Shown: positions 39,737-50,584, counted from the whole stretch's first letter. The stretch is 63,950 nucleotides of DNA, filler included, from an uncultured Methanospirillum sp. (GCA_964637135.1; 6 parts of 6 records of this genome joined end to end with filler, not necessarily neighbours in it), one strand, 5' to 3'. Translations and numbers: made by a program. Notes: generated from the sequence alone by a model not told the origin.

Positions 39737-40564
39737 GTGATACAGGAGATCCGGGCGGTTCCGGAGATCTCCCCCGGATATCCCTGGACGGTATCCATCG
39801 ATATCTTCAATAACGGAACGGTGACAACCGGTCTGCTCTCTGCCGGGTGTTACCTTGAACCAACCAGCCAGCTCTCAGCTGAGGCAGTGCACGTGGGAGT
39901 TGCCACCGGCGATCCCCTTGCCCCGGGAAGAACGGTCACCCTGACGATGGAAGGGACCATCCCGGCCGATATCCCGGCCGGCCCGCTTCGCCTGTACGTG
40001 GTTCTTGAGGATACCTCAGGCCGGGATCTCTCCCGGACCGGGAATATTGCCCGTCTGACTGATCCGGTGACCGTCGTGGATAAACCGCTTCCCGATGAGG
40101 AAGAGCTCAATACTGCCATCGCTGATTTGATCATTACCATGAGCAACAAAGAGCGGCAGAACGAAGGACTCTCTCCCCTTACCCGGGATCCTGATCTCGA
40201 TGCCCTGGCGGTCACGTACTCGAACCGGATGGTAGACGAGCAGTTCTTCGCCCATACTGACCCCACCGGCAGGGATCCATCCGGTCGTGCCGAGGATGCG
40301 GGGTACCCGACGATCAAGGCGATAGACGGCGGCCGGCGGATTGGAATCGGGGAGAATATCGCGTATATCGGAACCGGTATGGTTGCCGGCCGGGGATACG
40401 TGGATCCGACGAGTGCCGATGCGATTGCATCTGCCATCATGGACGGGTGGATGAACAGCCCCGGCCACCGGAAGAATATTCTTGATGCCCTCGCTGACCG
40501 GACCGGCACAGGGGTTGCCAGGAGCGATGACGGTTATTACTACGCTACGCAGGAGTTTTACTGA
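39737..40564 (+). CDS. Secreted CAP/SCP domain protein with N-terminal CARDB/Ig-like domain
   Basis: NKERQ..GL.PL, FFAH, GENIA, WMNSPGHRKNIL, YYATQEF; the frame is open upstream through a signal-like stretch. Confidence 0.88.
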   Translation: MIQEIRAVPEISPGYPWTVSIDIFNNGTVTTGLLSAGCYLEPTSQLSAEAVHVGVATGDPLAPGRTVTLTMEGTIPADIPAGPLRLYVVLEDTSGRDLSRTGNIARLTDPVTVVDKPLPDEEELNTAIADLIITMSNKERQNEGLSPLTRDPDLDALAVTYSNRMVDEQFFAHTDPTGRDPSGRAEDAGYPTIKAIDGGRRIGIGENIAYIGTGMVAGRGYVDPTSADAIASAIMDGWMNSPGHRKNILDALADRTGTGVARSDDGYYYATQEFY

Positions 40565-40693
40565 TCCGGCCACGTACCTGTCCCTGGTTGATTTAAGAAG
40601 TATTTTGATGGATGGGTAAGATAGGCTACAATAGTCATCACTTGGATTCGGGGTTGTTTCGGGGGGGATGAATATTCAGACAGGGGGCGATGC

Positions 40694-40793
40694 NNNNNNN
40701 NNNNNNNNNNNNNNNNNNNNNNNNNNNNNNNNNNNNNTTAATTAATTAANNNNNNNNNNNNNNNNNNNNNNNNNNNNNNNNNNNNNNNNNNNN
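40694..40793. other. Artificial contig-joining linker
   Basis: N/TTAATTAATTAA/N spacer. Confidence 0.98.
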
Positions 40794-41522
40794 ATCCCGT
40801 CAGCAGCATTACAACAACTTGTTCGATGCTCTGATATCAGGGGACTTTTCTTCACGAGAGCGTTCAAATGAATTGATATGCGGTTTTTCATCCAGTAAAT
40901 CGCGCAGTATTCCCATGTCGCCAATATGACCGGACAGGGACATTTGAGGTGAACTGCTCAGGCCCTGCCATTGCCCCGGAGATTGTCCAACCTCAAATCA
41001 CCCGGAAACGGGGCTTTTCTTCCGGTTGGTATCAGGTTCCCGGAAAAATCATATCACCATCAGGGAGAGACTCCAGGTGCCACTGAGATCCACCCCATAC
41101 CCCGGAATATCCCAGGATCATCCATGCGCACCGGAAGAATTCTTCACCAGTTAATATCCGGAGAACATGATGAAATATCCGATCAGGTGCCAATCCTTCC
41201 TCCAGGGTCCTATGGAGCAATCCCGTCAATGAAGGAACGCGGGCACACATACCGGTTTGATAGACCGTGTTTGAAGTGAAAAGAGGGACGTTCTGATTTT
41301 GGCGGACCGGACGTACTACAAAAAGCATGGCTGGTCTGGTGGGGTGTTCCATGAAAATCGGTACGCCCGGTCCTGACCACACGGCAGGTGTGATCACTTT
41401 ACAGTCCACGTGACTGCTTAAAAACTGACCGATTTGTTTCTGATGCCACGGAACCGGATCATATCTCCCATATCCCGAATTCTCACACTCTTACTACTCG
41501 TCCCGGATCATGAAAGACCGTA

Positions 41523-42005
41523 TCAATCCGGCCCGTATCTTACGCAATATCCCCTTTTTTCGAGAAACAACCTGAAATGTTCCTCTTCAGGGACGTTGTC
41601 CCCCGTCTTGTTCCTCTCGGCATCCTTCCAGTCTTTACGGAGACCGGGATCATCAGTCATCAGGGAGAGCGTTCCGGTGACCCATCCAAGCGCATGATCA
41701 TCCCTGTCTGATATTATCAGGACGCGGCACCGGTAGAACTTGCATTGGAAGGGACTTGTTTCATGAATAGTACAGACTATCCGGTCACCGGAAGGGCGAA
41801 GAAACGGACAAGCGGACGGCCGGGAGGAGATCCAGGTTGTATCTGCAAAAAGATCCCGTTTATCATGATCTATCACAGCATGGAACCGGGTGTCTGTCGA
41901 GACACAGCATCCTTCAAAGTCATACGGTCCGATCTGGCGCTCGAACGTGATATAATCACCAAGTGACATACAACACTGACCACAGAGCCTGCATTCGAAA
42001 GTCAT
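41523..42005 (-). CDS. YkgJ-family (CxxCxxCC) zinc/Fe-S cluster protein
   Basis: FECRLCGQCC, CPFL, CTIHE..P..C..Y.C. Confidence 0.88.
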   Translation of the reverse strand: MTFECRLCGQCCMSLGDYITFERQIGPYDFEGCCVSTDTRFHAVIDHDKRDLFADTTWISSRPSACPFLRPSGDRIVCTIHETSPFQCKFYRCRVLIISDRDDHALGWVTGTLSLMTDDPGLRKDWKDAERNKTGDNVPEEEHFRLFLEKRGYCVRYGPD

Positions 42006-42084
42006 TTCCCCAATACCTGATTTGAACCCTGATGAAAAGGAATGATCCCCTGCCTGCCGGTGATACCAAACGCATTATTCATCC

Positions 42085-42876
42085 ATGAACCATCCTGCAG
42101 AGAACACCAATGCACACCTGCCCCCCGAACGAAAAAAACGCCTCACCTATGATCGGATCGGAACGATCGCCATCATCTCATCATTGCCCGAGGGAACCGA
42201 TGAGGATAATGCCGCTGATGAGATACTCAGACGACATCATGATCTCACCGGGATCCTGATCAAGGAAGAGGATATCTCAGGCAGGTACCGGGTTGCCCGG
42301 TTCAGGGTTCTAAGGGGAACAGATACCATAACCGAACACCATGAATTCGGATTCAGGTACCGCGTTGATATCAGGGATGTCTTTTTTACTCCCCGCCTGG
42401 GATCGGAACGGATGAGGGTTGCAGGACTGGTCAGGGAAGGTGAGCAGGTCCTTGTTCCATTCGCAGGGGCCGGCCCGTTTGCCATACCTCCCGCTGCACG
42501 GGGCGCTGAGGTGATTGCAGCAGAGATGAACCCGGCAGCATGCAGATGGCTGTCAGAGAACCGGCAACTCAACCACGCAGACCGGCTCTCGGTGATCAGG
42601 GCAGATGCCTGTTCCCTTCCGCTTCGTTCTCACCGTTCATTTGACCGGATAATCATCCCGGCACCATACGGACTACATAAAAGTGCGTTCAGGTTTATTC
42701 CCATCTGCACCAATGACGGGTGGATCCACCTGTATGCCATGACCAGTGCATCCGGCTGCCTGGCACTGCTCCAAAAACTGGAAAGCAAAGGAGCAATCGC
42801 CTGTCGATGCGCGGTATGCGGGCATGTCGCCCCGTCGGTGAGCAGGTGGGCAATCGATCTCCGGATTGAGCGGTAG
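42085..42876 (+). CDS. Trm5/Tyw2 (Met-10+)-like SAM-dependent tRNA-modifying enzyme
   Basis: YDRIGTIAI, EFG, VFFTPRL..ER.R, FAGAGPF, EMNP. Confidence 0.82.
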   Translation: MNHPAENTNAHLPPERKKRLTYDRIGTIAIISSLPEGTDEDNAADEILRRHHDLTGILIKEEDISGRYRVARFRVLRGTDTITEHHEFGFRYRVDIRDVFFTPRLGSERMRVAGLVREGEQVLVPFAGAGPFAIPPAARGAEVIAAEMNPAACRWLSENRQLNHADRLSVIRADACSLPLRSHRSFDRIIIPAPYGLHKSAFRFIPICTNDGWIHLYAMTSASGCLALLQKLESKGAIACRCAVCGHVAPSVSRWAIDLRIER

Positions 42877-42965
42877 CGGGTGAGGCATTCACATCCCTGT
42901 TCACCAGGCATCCCTGATACATCAATTCGTAACAGATAAGAGAAAGAAGATCAATCGAACTAGTT

Positions 42966-43409
42966 ATGCAATACCTTGGTATTGTTCTGGGGATTCTGTT
43001 CGTTGTCATCTGTATTGCCGGGTGTACCGGTCAGAACCAGGATGAAGAGTTCAAGATACTCGTTCTAAAAGTAGCTGATGACTTTACGGGTCAGAAAGAT
43101 ATCATCATGAAACCCTACCAGGGATTAACCACCGAGGAACTGCTCGGGTACCGGGCAGCTGCAACCGAGGCAAAGACACTGGCTGAGGGGATGAGCCTTT
43201 CGGATGCCGGTAAAAAAGCCAGGAGTGCCTTCATCCCGGCCATGGATGCAACCATCGGGGCCGTTGATGCACTCGAACGGGATGGAAAGTTGTCCACTCC
43301 AGGAGAGAGGGTCAGCCTTGAGTCTGTGAACAGCAATTTTGTCAGTACCCAGACCGGTATTGATGACACCTGTGACCTGCTGGGTATTGAGAAGGAGAAG
43401 GCGTTCTGA
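42966..43409 (+). CDS. Putative lipoprotein
   Basis: Hydrophobic signal ending in the archaeal lipobox IAGC. Confidence 0.7.
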   Translation: MQYLGIVLGILFVVICIAGCTGQNQDEEFKILVLKVADDFTGQKDIIMKPYQGLTTEELLGYRAAATEAKTLAEGMSLSDAGKKARSAFIPAMDATIGAVDALERDGKLSTPGERVSLESVNSNFVSTQTGIDDTCDLLGIEKEKAF

Positions 43410-43669
43410 GAACATCCATACACCACACCCATCAACTTTTTTCCCGGGAAGACGGGTTTTTCTGGTCGCTCAGGGGACATTAACATTTTTTTTTGCCGCT
43501 GGTGCATCAAATAATACGAAAATAAGTATCGTATGAAGTGGTTAATCCGAAGATTCACAGGTTTTTCCATGAAAAAATTCAGATCCCGCGTCATAAATCG
43601 CATGTATGGTTTATTTTACAGCCTTTTTTAAGGATCACCCTTAAAACCAACCCTGTATAACCATGTGGT

Positions 43670-44170
43670 ATGGAGAGATTTTTTTCAATCGTCATCCTCC
43701 TGGTCGCAGCAGTTCTGCTCGTCCCAGGTTGTTTTGCAGAAGAGACCACTGTTGAAGCAGTCGAGACCGTTACACCGGTCGAGACCATCGATGATGAAGC
43801 TGAAGTTACCGAGGATGCAGCAGCAACCGAGGTCGCCGAAGAGGAAACCGTTGAAGCAACCTACACCGTTGACGTCAACATGACCAACCTCACCATGGCC
43901 ATCGACGAGACTGCCATCATCTCACTCGCAGAGAACCCGACCACCGGGTACGACTGGAATGTGACCAACACCAGCGGTCTTGAGATCGTCAGCGATGTTC
44001 ATGTACAGGACGAGGCTGAAGAAGGTATGGTCGGTGTCGGTGGTTTCCACACCTGGGTCATCAAGGCTGTCGAGACCGGTGAGCAGACCTTCACTGCAGT
44101 CATGGAGCATGTCTCCGAGCCGGCAACCGGTGACGAAGAGACCTACACCCTCGACGTTATTGTCGAGTAA
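43670..44170 (+). CDS. Secreted protease inhibitor I42 (chagasin) family protein
   Basis: Signal peptide, acidic linker, ENPTTGYDW, GMVGVGG..W. Confidence 0.9.
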   Translation: MERFFSIVILLVAAVLLVPGCFAEETTVEAVETVTPVETIDDEAEVTEDAAATEVAEEETVEATYTVDVNMTNLTMAIDETAIISLAENPTTGYDWNVTNTSGLEIVSDVHVQDEAEEGMVGVGGFHTWVIKAVETGEQTFTAVMEHVSEPATGDEETYTLDVIVE

Positions 44171-44359
44171 GATACCCATACTTTTTTCGTTTTCGCCCCA
44201 GTCTTTTCTCTAATCAGGTATGCTTTTTTTAAGATCAGGATCTATCCAGACTCTGTAACACCTCCCAACCAGAATTATTGGATAATTTGGAATTCCCACC
44301 AGTTACTCCTTATGCCAGCATCATGGGATATATCTTCTCCAGTGGGCAATAAGGAAGGA

Positions 44360-45211
44360 ATGGAAGATATTCATGTCGTCGAGACGATCGGGATGAGCCG
44401 GGTGACGATCCAGGGTGGAGTGGTAATAACCGTGGAGAGCCCGGTGATTAATTCCTGCCCGCTTGCGAGGCGGTTTGCGTTTCCGGTCAACAAAATAACA
44501 CCTGACGCTATCAGAAAAAACATCCAGAACCGGATCGATCTCTACGGCATGTTCACCCCGGGACGGGAGATCTACTCAGACGATCCCTTCGTCGGATTCG
44601 GAGCTTCCGAGTTGATAAGCACGGCCCTTACAGCCGGGCTTGTAGATGCAGCCATCATCGCCTGTGACGGGGCAGGAACGGTTGTCACGGCAGATCCAAG
44701 GATGGTCCAGGGAATCGGGGGCAGGATGTCCGGGCTTGTACAGACATCCCCGATCCCGGAAGTGATCGGACGGATTCTAGACGGGGGAGGGATCGTCCCT
44801 GACCCGGATCATGCTTCGATCGATCCGGTCTGCGGTATCCGGGCAGCAAAGGCGGCCGGATTCGGACGCCTGGCGGTAACGGTTGCAGGAAGCCTGGTTG
44901 CAAAAAAGGTCCGGGAAGAAGATTCTGAAGCAATCATTATCGTGGTGCATACCACCGGAACCTCACCCGGGGATGCTGAAATCCTGGCATCGACCGGAGA
45001 TATCATTACGGCCTGTGCATCAGGATCAGTGCGATCAATCTGTGGAGAAAAGGCGCTTATCCAGGCTGGAAAATCCGTCCCGGTTTTTGGATTGACAAAA
45101 AATGGAAAAGAACTCATCGTAGAGCGAATACGTGCCATTACTGATCCGCTCGTGGTGATGAGTGCCCGCCTCCCGGTGAGGGGGGAGAGCGAACCTGAAC
45201 CGCTTGTCTGA
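44360..45211 (+). CDS. Methanogenesis marker protein 8 (DUF2099)
   Basis: HVVE..G, CPL, FGASE, ACDGAGTV, QGIGGRMSGL, VHTTG, TACAS. Confidence 0.9.
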   Translation: MEDIHVVETIGMSRVTIQGGVVITVESPVINSCPLARRFAFPVNKITPDAIRKNIQNRIDLYGMFTPGREIYSDDPFVGFGASELISTALTAGLVDAAIIACDGAGTVVTADPRMVQGIGGRMSGLVQTSPIPEVIGRILDGGGIVPDPDHASIDPVCGIRAAKAAGFGRLAVTVAGSLVAKKVREEDSEAIIIVVHTTGTSPGDAEILASTGDIITACASGSVRSICGEKALIQAGKSVPVFGLTKNGKELIVERIRAITDPLVVMSARLPVRGESEPEPLV

Positions 45212-45359
45212 TCGGAAGGAAACGCAGATGGGTACTTTCCGATTCATTCTCATTCTGCAATAACCTAGAACAATCAATCCCCCGGACAGAGATGAGAAGA
45301 GATCACATTAAAACCATGCATCAGCCTACGACTGCTGAATAGTTACTTTTCAAATAGTA

Positions 45360-47135
45360 TTGCCATATATCCTTCTTTATACACCGGTGATACGTATCCA
45401 CCCTAAAGAATCATCACACGGAGAAGACATCAGGTCCTCTCTCATCCAGGGAATCCACACCTATATGCCCGGACTGGGATCCCTTCTTTCTTATAACAGA
45501 GATTGGCTGAGAAATGATCTTGTTGCAGGATTGGTGGTTTTCGCAGTCCTGATCCCTTCAAACCTTGCATATGGGGAACTGGCAGGTTTTACTCCGGTTG
45601 TTGGATTGTATGCCGGACTTGTAGCCATGCTCGTATATGCCCTGTTCAGCAGTTCACGACAGATTATCATTGGTCCGGAATCAACAACCGCGATTCTCCT
45701 TGCAACCACCGTAGCTCCTTTAGCAATGGGGGATTCTGCCAGGTATGCAAGTCTTGCAGCCGCTCTTGCGGTTATTATCGGAGTAATTTGTCTTCTGGCC
45801 GGTCGTTTCAGACTTGGGTTTGTCTCTGATTTCTTTTCAAAACCCATCCTTACCGGTTATATAACAGGAACATCAATTGTGGTGATTATCAGCCAGTTGG
45901 GAAAACTCTTCGGCATCCATCTATCAAGTACTGAAATATCGGGGAAATTTCTGGAAATTGTCACGAAACTTGACCAGACCCACATGCTCACGCTCATAAT
46001 AGGCATCATCACTCTTGCTCTTCTCTTCGCAATGCGGTATTTTACTCCACGGATTCCCGGACCCCTGATTGTCGTTGTCGGTGCAATCATTGTCTCAACA
46101 GTATTTCATCTTCAGGATTATGGGGTGTCAGTTGTCGGGGATATCAGCAGTGGTCTTCCCGCTCTTCAGGTACCAATAATTTCAATCTCCGACCTCCAAA
46201 TCCTGTTTCCGGCAGCCATTGCTATCTCGGTAATTCTGTTTACCGATGGAACCCTGACCGGACGCGTTTTTGCGAAGAAAAACCGGTATAAACTTGACAG
46301 CAACAAAGAACTGATTGCATTCGGGATGGCGAATTTCTGTACTGGTCTTTTCCAGAGTTTTCCTGTCGGAGCCAGTCAGACAAAAAGTGCCGTGAATGAT
46401 AGTTCCGGAGGAAAAACCCAACTTTCCGGAATAGTTGCAGCCTGTTTTGTGATACTGTTTCTTATGTTTTTCACGTCAGTTCTCCGGAATCTTCCCCTAG
46501 TCTCTCTTGGAGCAATTGTTATTGTTGCCGGATATAGTTTGATAGATATCCAGGAGTTCCGGAGTATTTACGAGACCCGGCGAAGTGAATTTGTCCTGTC
46601 GGTACTCACTCTTGTCGGAGTTCTTGTTTTTGGTCTGATCGAAGGTGTGGCACTTGCCGTGGGATTTTCATTACTGGAATTTATTAAACGGATTTATCGC
46701 CCTCATACTTCCATACTGGGTCTCCACGAAGGGAAGGATGGTTTTCATAAGGTGGACGAGGATGAAGAGCAATTTTTCTTCCCCGGATTAGTCGTCTATA
46801 AATTTAATGCCCCTCTTTTCTTTGCGAATGCCTCTTTTTTTGTGAATAACATAAAGAGCGTTGTAGCACAGTCCGGTGAACCAGTCCGGTTCCTCCTCCT
46901 TGATGCCGAAGCCATTTCAGATATCGATTCCTCTGCAGTCGATGCATTGAGGGAATTATATGAGGATTTTCAAGAACAGGATATTCTGATCGGTATTGCT
47001 GCAGCGAATGATTTATTCATGTCTATCATGGAAAAGACAGGACTTGAAGACCTAATCGGAAAGGAATACTTTTTCCCCACCATCCGGATGGGAATAATTG
47101 CATTTGGAAGTAAATACCTGGATACCATTAATTAA
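45360..47135 (+). CDS. SulP/SLC26 anion transporter with STAS domain
   Basis: DLVAG, IP..LAY..LAG, GPES, NKELIA.G, PLFFAN, IDSS; start may be ATG 45465. Confidence 0.93.
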   Translation: MPYILLYTPVIRIHPKESSHGEDIRSSLIQGIHTYMPGLGSLLSYNRDWLRNDLVAGLVVFAVLIPSNLAYGELAGFTPVVGLYAGLVAMLVYALFSSSRQIIIGPESTTAILLATTVAPLAMGDSARYASLAAALAVIIGVICLLAGRFRLGFVSDFFSKPILTGYITGTSIVVIISQLGKLFGIHLSSTEISGKFLEIVTKLDQTHMLTLIIGIITLALLFAMRYFTPRIPGPLIVVVGAIIVSTVFHLQDYGVSVVGDISSGLPALQVPIISISDLQILFPAAIAISVILFTDGTLTGRVFAKKNRYKLDSNKELIAFGMANFCTGLFQSFPVGASQTKSAVNDSSGGKTQLSGIVAACFVILFLMFFTSVLRNLPLVSLGAIVIVAGYSLIDIQEFRSIYETRRSEFVLSVLTLVGVLVFGLIEGVALAVGFSLLEFIKRIYRPHTSILGLHEGKDGFHKVDEDEEQFFFPGLVVYKFNAPLFFANASFFVNNIKSVVAQSGEPVRFLLLDAEAISDIDSSAVDALRELYEDFQEQDILIGIAAANDLFMSIMEKTGLEDLIGKEYFFPTIRMGIIAFGSKYLDTIN

Positions 47136-47242
47136 CCGGAAATGTGAAAATTTCCCCGTTCTCTCGTTTCCATTCCCCCTTTTAAAAAACCGACCGGATA
47201 AAAACGCAATCTTTAACATATTAACGCCCGGAATACCGGAAT

Positions 47243-47578
47243 ATGACAAATAAGCGGATGTACGTCTGTTCGGTCGAGGCGGCGATGGACGTGATCGGCG
47301 GGAAATGGAAACCGCTTATCCTCTGGAAAATCAAGGACACTCCGCTCCGTTTCGGGGCAATACAGGAAAAATTGCCGGGAATATCCCAGAAAATGCTCAC
47401 CCGGCAGCTCAGGGCACTTGAACAGGATCGTCTGATCTCCCGCACGGAATTCCCAGGTATGCCCCCCCGTGTCGAATATGCTCTGACGACACGGGGACAG
47501 TCCGTCATCCCGCTCCTCATGTCGCTGAAAGACTGGGCGAGTACAGAACTGGCAGACCAGATCAGCGAGAACGGGTAA
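47243..47578 (+). CDS. HxlR-family winged-helix regulator
   Basis: CSVE..MDVIGGKWK, ISQKML..QLR.LE, PPRVEY.LT. Confidence 0.93.
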   Translation: MTNKRMYVCSVEAAMDVIGGKWKPLILWKIKDTPLRFGAIQEKLPGISQKMLTRQLRALEQDRLISRTEFPGMPPRVEYALTTRGQSVIPLLMSLKDWASTELADQISENG

Positions 47579-47694
47579 CCGGTCGTTCCATGATGCCGGA
47601 ATCGGCTATACTGCTGAACAGGCCTGCTGACATTTTTGTCCCTGTTCCCTATTTATCCCCATGAGGTCTTTATAACCTGTGGAACGGTGAGAGG

Positions 47695-48852
47695 ATGTTG
47701 TACAGGAAGTTCCCACGGGTTAGTGACGAGATCTCGATCCTTGGTTTCGGGTGCATGCGACTGCCGCCAGAAGGGGATCAACAGGCGGGAGGAAAGATCG
47801 ATGTCCCAGCGGCCACCGCGATGATCCGTGCTGCCATTGACGGCGGGGTCAATTACATCGATACCGCCTGGCCATACCACAACGGGGAGAGCGAGGTTGT
47901 TGTCGGGGAGGCACTTGGTAACGGGTACCGCGACCGGGTCTTCCTCGCTACCAAGCTCCCCAGCTGGCTCATTACCAGCCGGGAGGACATGGACCGGTAC
48001 CTGGACGAACAACTTGCCCGGCTTGCTACGGATCATATCGATTTCTATCTCCTCCACGGGCTCGGCGACGAAACATGGGAGCATCTTTCCCGGCTCGACG
48101 TGCTTGAGTTCCTTGACAGTGCCAGGGCAGATGGCCGGATCCGGTACCCTGCATTCTCCTTCCACGACCAGTTCCCGGCCTTTAAGAAGATTGTCGATGC
48201 CTATGAGTGGGCTTTTGCCCAGATCCAGTATAACTACATGGACGAACAGTTCCAGGCAGGGGCAGAGGGACTCAGGTATGCAGCAGATCGGGGGCTTGGT
48301 ATCGTCGTCATGGAACCGCTCCGAGGCGGTCTCCTCTCCGGAGACGTTCCCGCGATCAGCCAGTTTATCCGCGATGCCCCGGTCAGGAGGACGCCATCGG
48401 AATGGGGGCTTCGCTGGGTCTGAAACCATCCGGAAGTCACAGTCGTGCTCTCCGGCATGTCTGCCATGGAGCAGGTCAGGGAGAACCTTGCCAGTGCTGA
48501 TCAGGGCCTGCCGGGTTCGCTTTCTCCCGAGGAACTCGCGGTTGTTGAAAAGATGCGGGACACGTTTGCGGCCCGGGTGAAGATCCCATGCACCGGCTGC
48601 GGCTACTGCATGCCGTGCGAAAACGGTATCGATATCCCCTCGTGCTTTATGCACTATAACCAGGCCTACGCCTACGATGCCCGGGAGAAAGCAACCGGGG
48701 TGTACCTCTGGGCCCTTAATGGGTCTTTTTCCGGGGGAATACCCGGGTATGCGTCCGGTTGTATTCAGTGCGGGGAATGCGAGGACAAATGCCCGCAGGG
48801 TCTTCCCATACGGGAATACTTACAAAAAGTCGGGGAATTTTTCGGAAAATAA
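47695..48852 (+). pseudogene. Aldo/keto reductase with C-terminal 4Fe-4S domain, interrupted by an in-frame TGA at 48421-48423
   Basis: LGFGCMRLP, YIDTAWPYH, LATKLP, MEPLRGG; WV*NHPEVTVVLSGMS continues in frame to CTGCGYCMPC and CIQCGECEDKCP. Confidence 0.9.
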
Positions 48853-48868
48853 GTGTTGAGGTAATAAA

Positions 48869-49054
48869 ATGCCAGTAATCACGATTGACCTTTGGCCGGT
48901 AAGCCCGGAAATGAGGGCAGAACTGATCCAGAAACTGACAAAAACCGCGTCGGAAATTACAAACCTTCCGCAATCTGCTTTTTTTGTGTATATCAGGGAA
49001 TATCCAACCGACGCTATCGGTGTTGGCGGAATCCCGCTCTCACAGCAGATCTGA
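48869..49054 (+). CDS. 4-oxalocrotonate tautomerase family (DmpI-like)
   Basis: 61 aa with N-terminal Pro (MPVITI) and IGVGG. Confidence 0.9.
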   Translation: MPVITIDLWPVSPEMRAELIQKLTKTASEITNLPQSAFFVYIREYPTDAIGVGGIPLSQQI

Positions 49055-49229
49055 CCGATGGAGCCATCACCGTCTGTGACTGGGATGAAATCATTCTGAC
49101 CGGATCCGGTCACCACCCGATACATCAACAACTGATCGTCTCTTCCTGAACCTGACCCCCAGGTGCTGACGATCACGGAATTCTTTCTGGTCCGCAAGAA
49201 TTATTGACCTGCTCAGTGATTGCTTACGT

Positions 49230-49526
49230 ATGGAGAAGCCGATGGAAACTGTATGCGGATATTCATGCTCCGGCTGTGACCATTACGGGAATGAATGTTC
49301 AGGATGTGAGAAATCCGGGGGAAAACCCTTCTGGATATCCTATGTCGGTATTGATCAGTGTCAGATCTATACCTGCTGCCATACTGAACGACACCTTCCC
49401 CACTGTGGGAAGTGCCCTGACCTGATGTGTGAACGGTTTACCCGGTTTAGAGACCCTGAAATGAGTGATGAGGAGGCAAAAAAATGTCTTGACCGGATGG
49501 AAAAGGAACTCCGGTCAAGACCCTGA
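49230..49526 (+). CDS. DUF3795 Cys-rich protein
   Basis: CG..C..C......C.GC, C.IY.CC, HCG.C....C. Confidence 0.8.
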   Translation: MEKPMETVCGYSCSGCDHYGNECSGCEKSGGKPFWISYVGIDQCQIYTCCHTERHLPHCGKCPDLMCERFTRFRDPEMSDEEAKKCLDRMEKELRSRP

Positions 49527-50052
49527 TCGACCGGTTTTTAAATGAGACAGGATCAATCGAACCGACGGGGAAATAATTCCAAAATACCCGATCGGTATCT
49601 TCCCGTATCCCTTTCACACACATACCGCAAAGTCATGAATAGCAGATGCACAAGACCGAATTTGCACCCGGTTTGAGCCGAAGCACCTTTTCCGGCGTAG
49701 AATCGCTCCAGAAAATCGCTATAAGTTCATATCCAAGTCCGGCTTTTCTGGCTGTGATGCTTTTAATGTGCTCAACTTTGGCAGATGTTCTGATTTGTGC
49801 AGGTAGTCGTTACGCTGACAAAATCATCCAATCGGAATTCTCCGGCATTCCGGTTCCAGCTGGATTCACGAGTTTTGCCGAATAATGACCTTTGAAAAAC
49901 AGGGGGTTAAGGAAAAGCGGCATATACTAACCTAAAGTGGACCTTGTTGCACCAGAATTCCCCCCCTGGCCCTTTAGGGAGAATATCCTCCCTCCTCTGA
50001 TGTGAGAGGGACCACGGTGAGGTAACAGACGAGGAACTTCTGGTGTCCTGCC

Positions 50053-50292
50053 TTACATTCCAAGAAATTTTAGGAGCCCGAATACCAGGAACGCCGGCCA
50101 AAACAGCGCCTTCACAACTCCGATCACTATCCCGAGAAGGCTTGTGGCCGTTGTGAGATAATAGTACAGGGCACCAAGAAAGCCCAACCCGTACAGGGCG
50201 CTCCCGCACCCGTGGCTTCCTGCGTGATGTTTTACCTTGTTTCCTATACCGCAACAGTTTTTCGGTGCAGGTTCTTTGGTTTCAGTCTCCAT
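50053..50292 (-). CDS. Small two-TM conserved membrane protein
   Basis: YGLGFLGALYYY...KALFWPAFLV. Confidence 0.7.
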   Translation of the reverse strand: METETKEPAPKNCCGIGNKVKHHAGSHGCGSALYGLGFLGALYYYLTTATSLLGIVIGVVKALFWPAFLVFGLLKFLGM

Positions 50293-50584
50293 CGCATTCC
50301 ACTTCCGTTAAAAAATCTATGGCACTGTGGTGAATTAAGAACCTTCTGCTCTGTTTCATGGAAAACCGGGAAAATGGAATTCACCAGGTACTGCAGAACT
50401 TTTTGAGAAGGCACAACGGCGTTTTTTAAAGACAAAAGCCCTGTTGAAATCCTCTAACTATGCCGTATAATCACGTATATACTCGTGAACGGTCTCAAAT
50501 TTGTTCCTGATTTGAGGATTTCAACAAAACTTCAAAATAATAAAACAAGATGGGTTTTTTGACCCCGTCTGATGCCGGATCGCG

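Noticed and set aside
40794..41500. Short ORFs at the start of contig piece 4
   Set aside because: No recognisable motifs in the frames examined; coding status unsupported
48421..48423. In-frame TGA as selenocysteine or genetic-code reassignment
   Set aside because: The position corresponds to Trp rather than Cys, and many neighbouring genes end in TGA normally
49560..50040. 79-aa ORF and intergenic stretch after DUF3795
   Set aside because: No family signature or convincing structure found by eye
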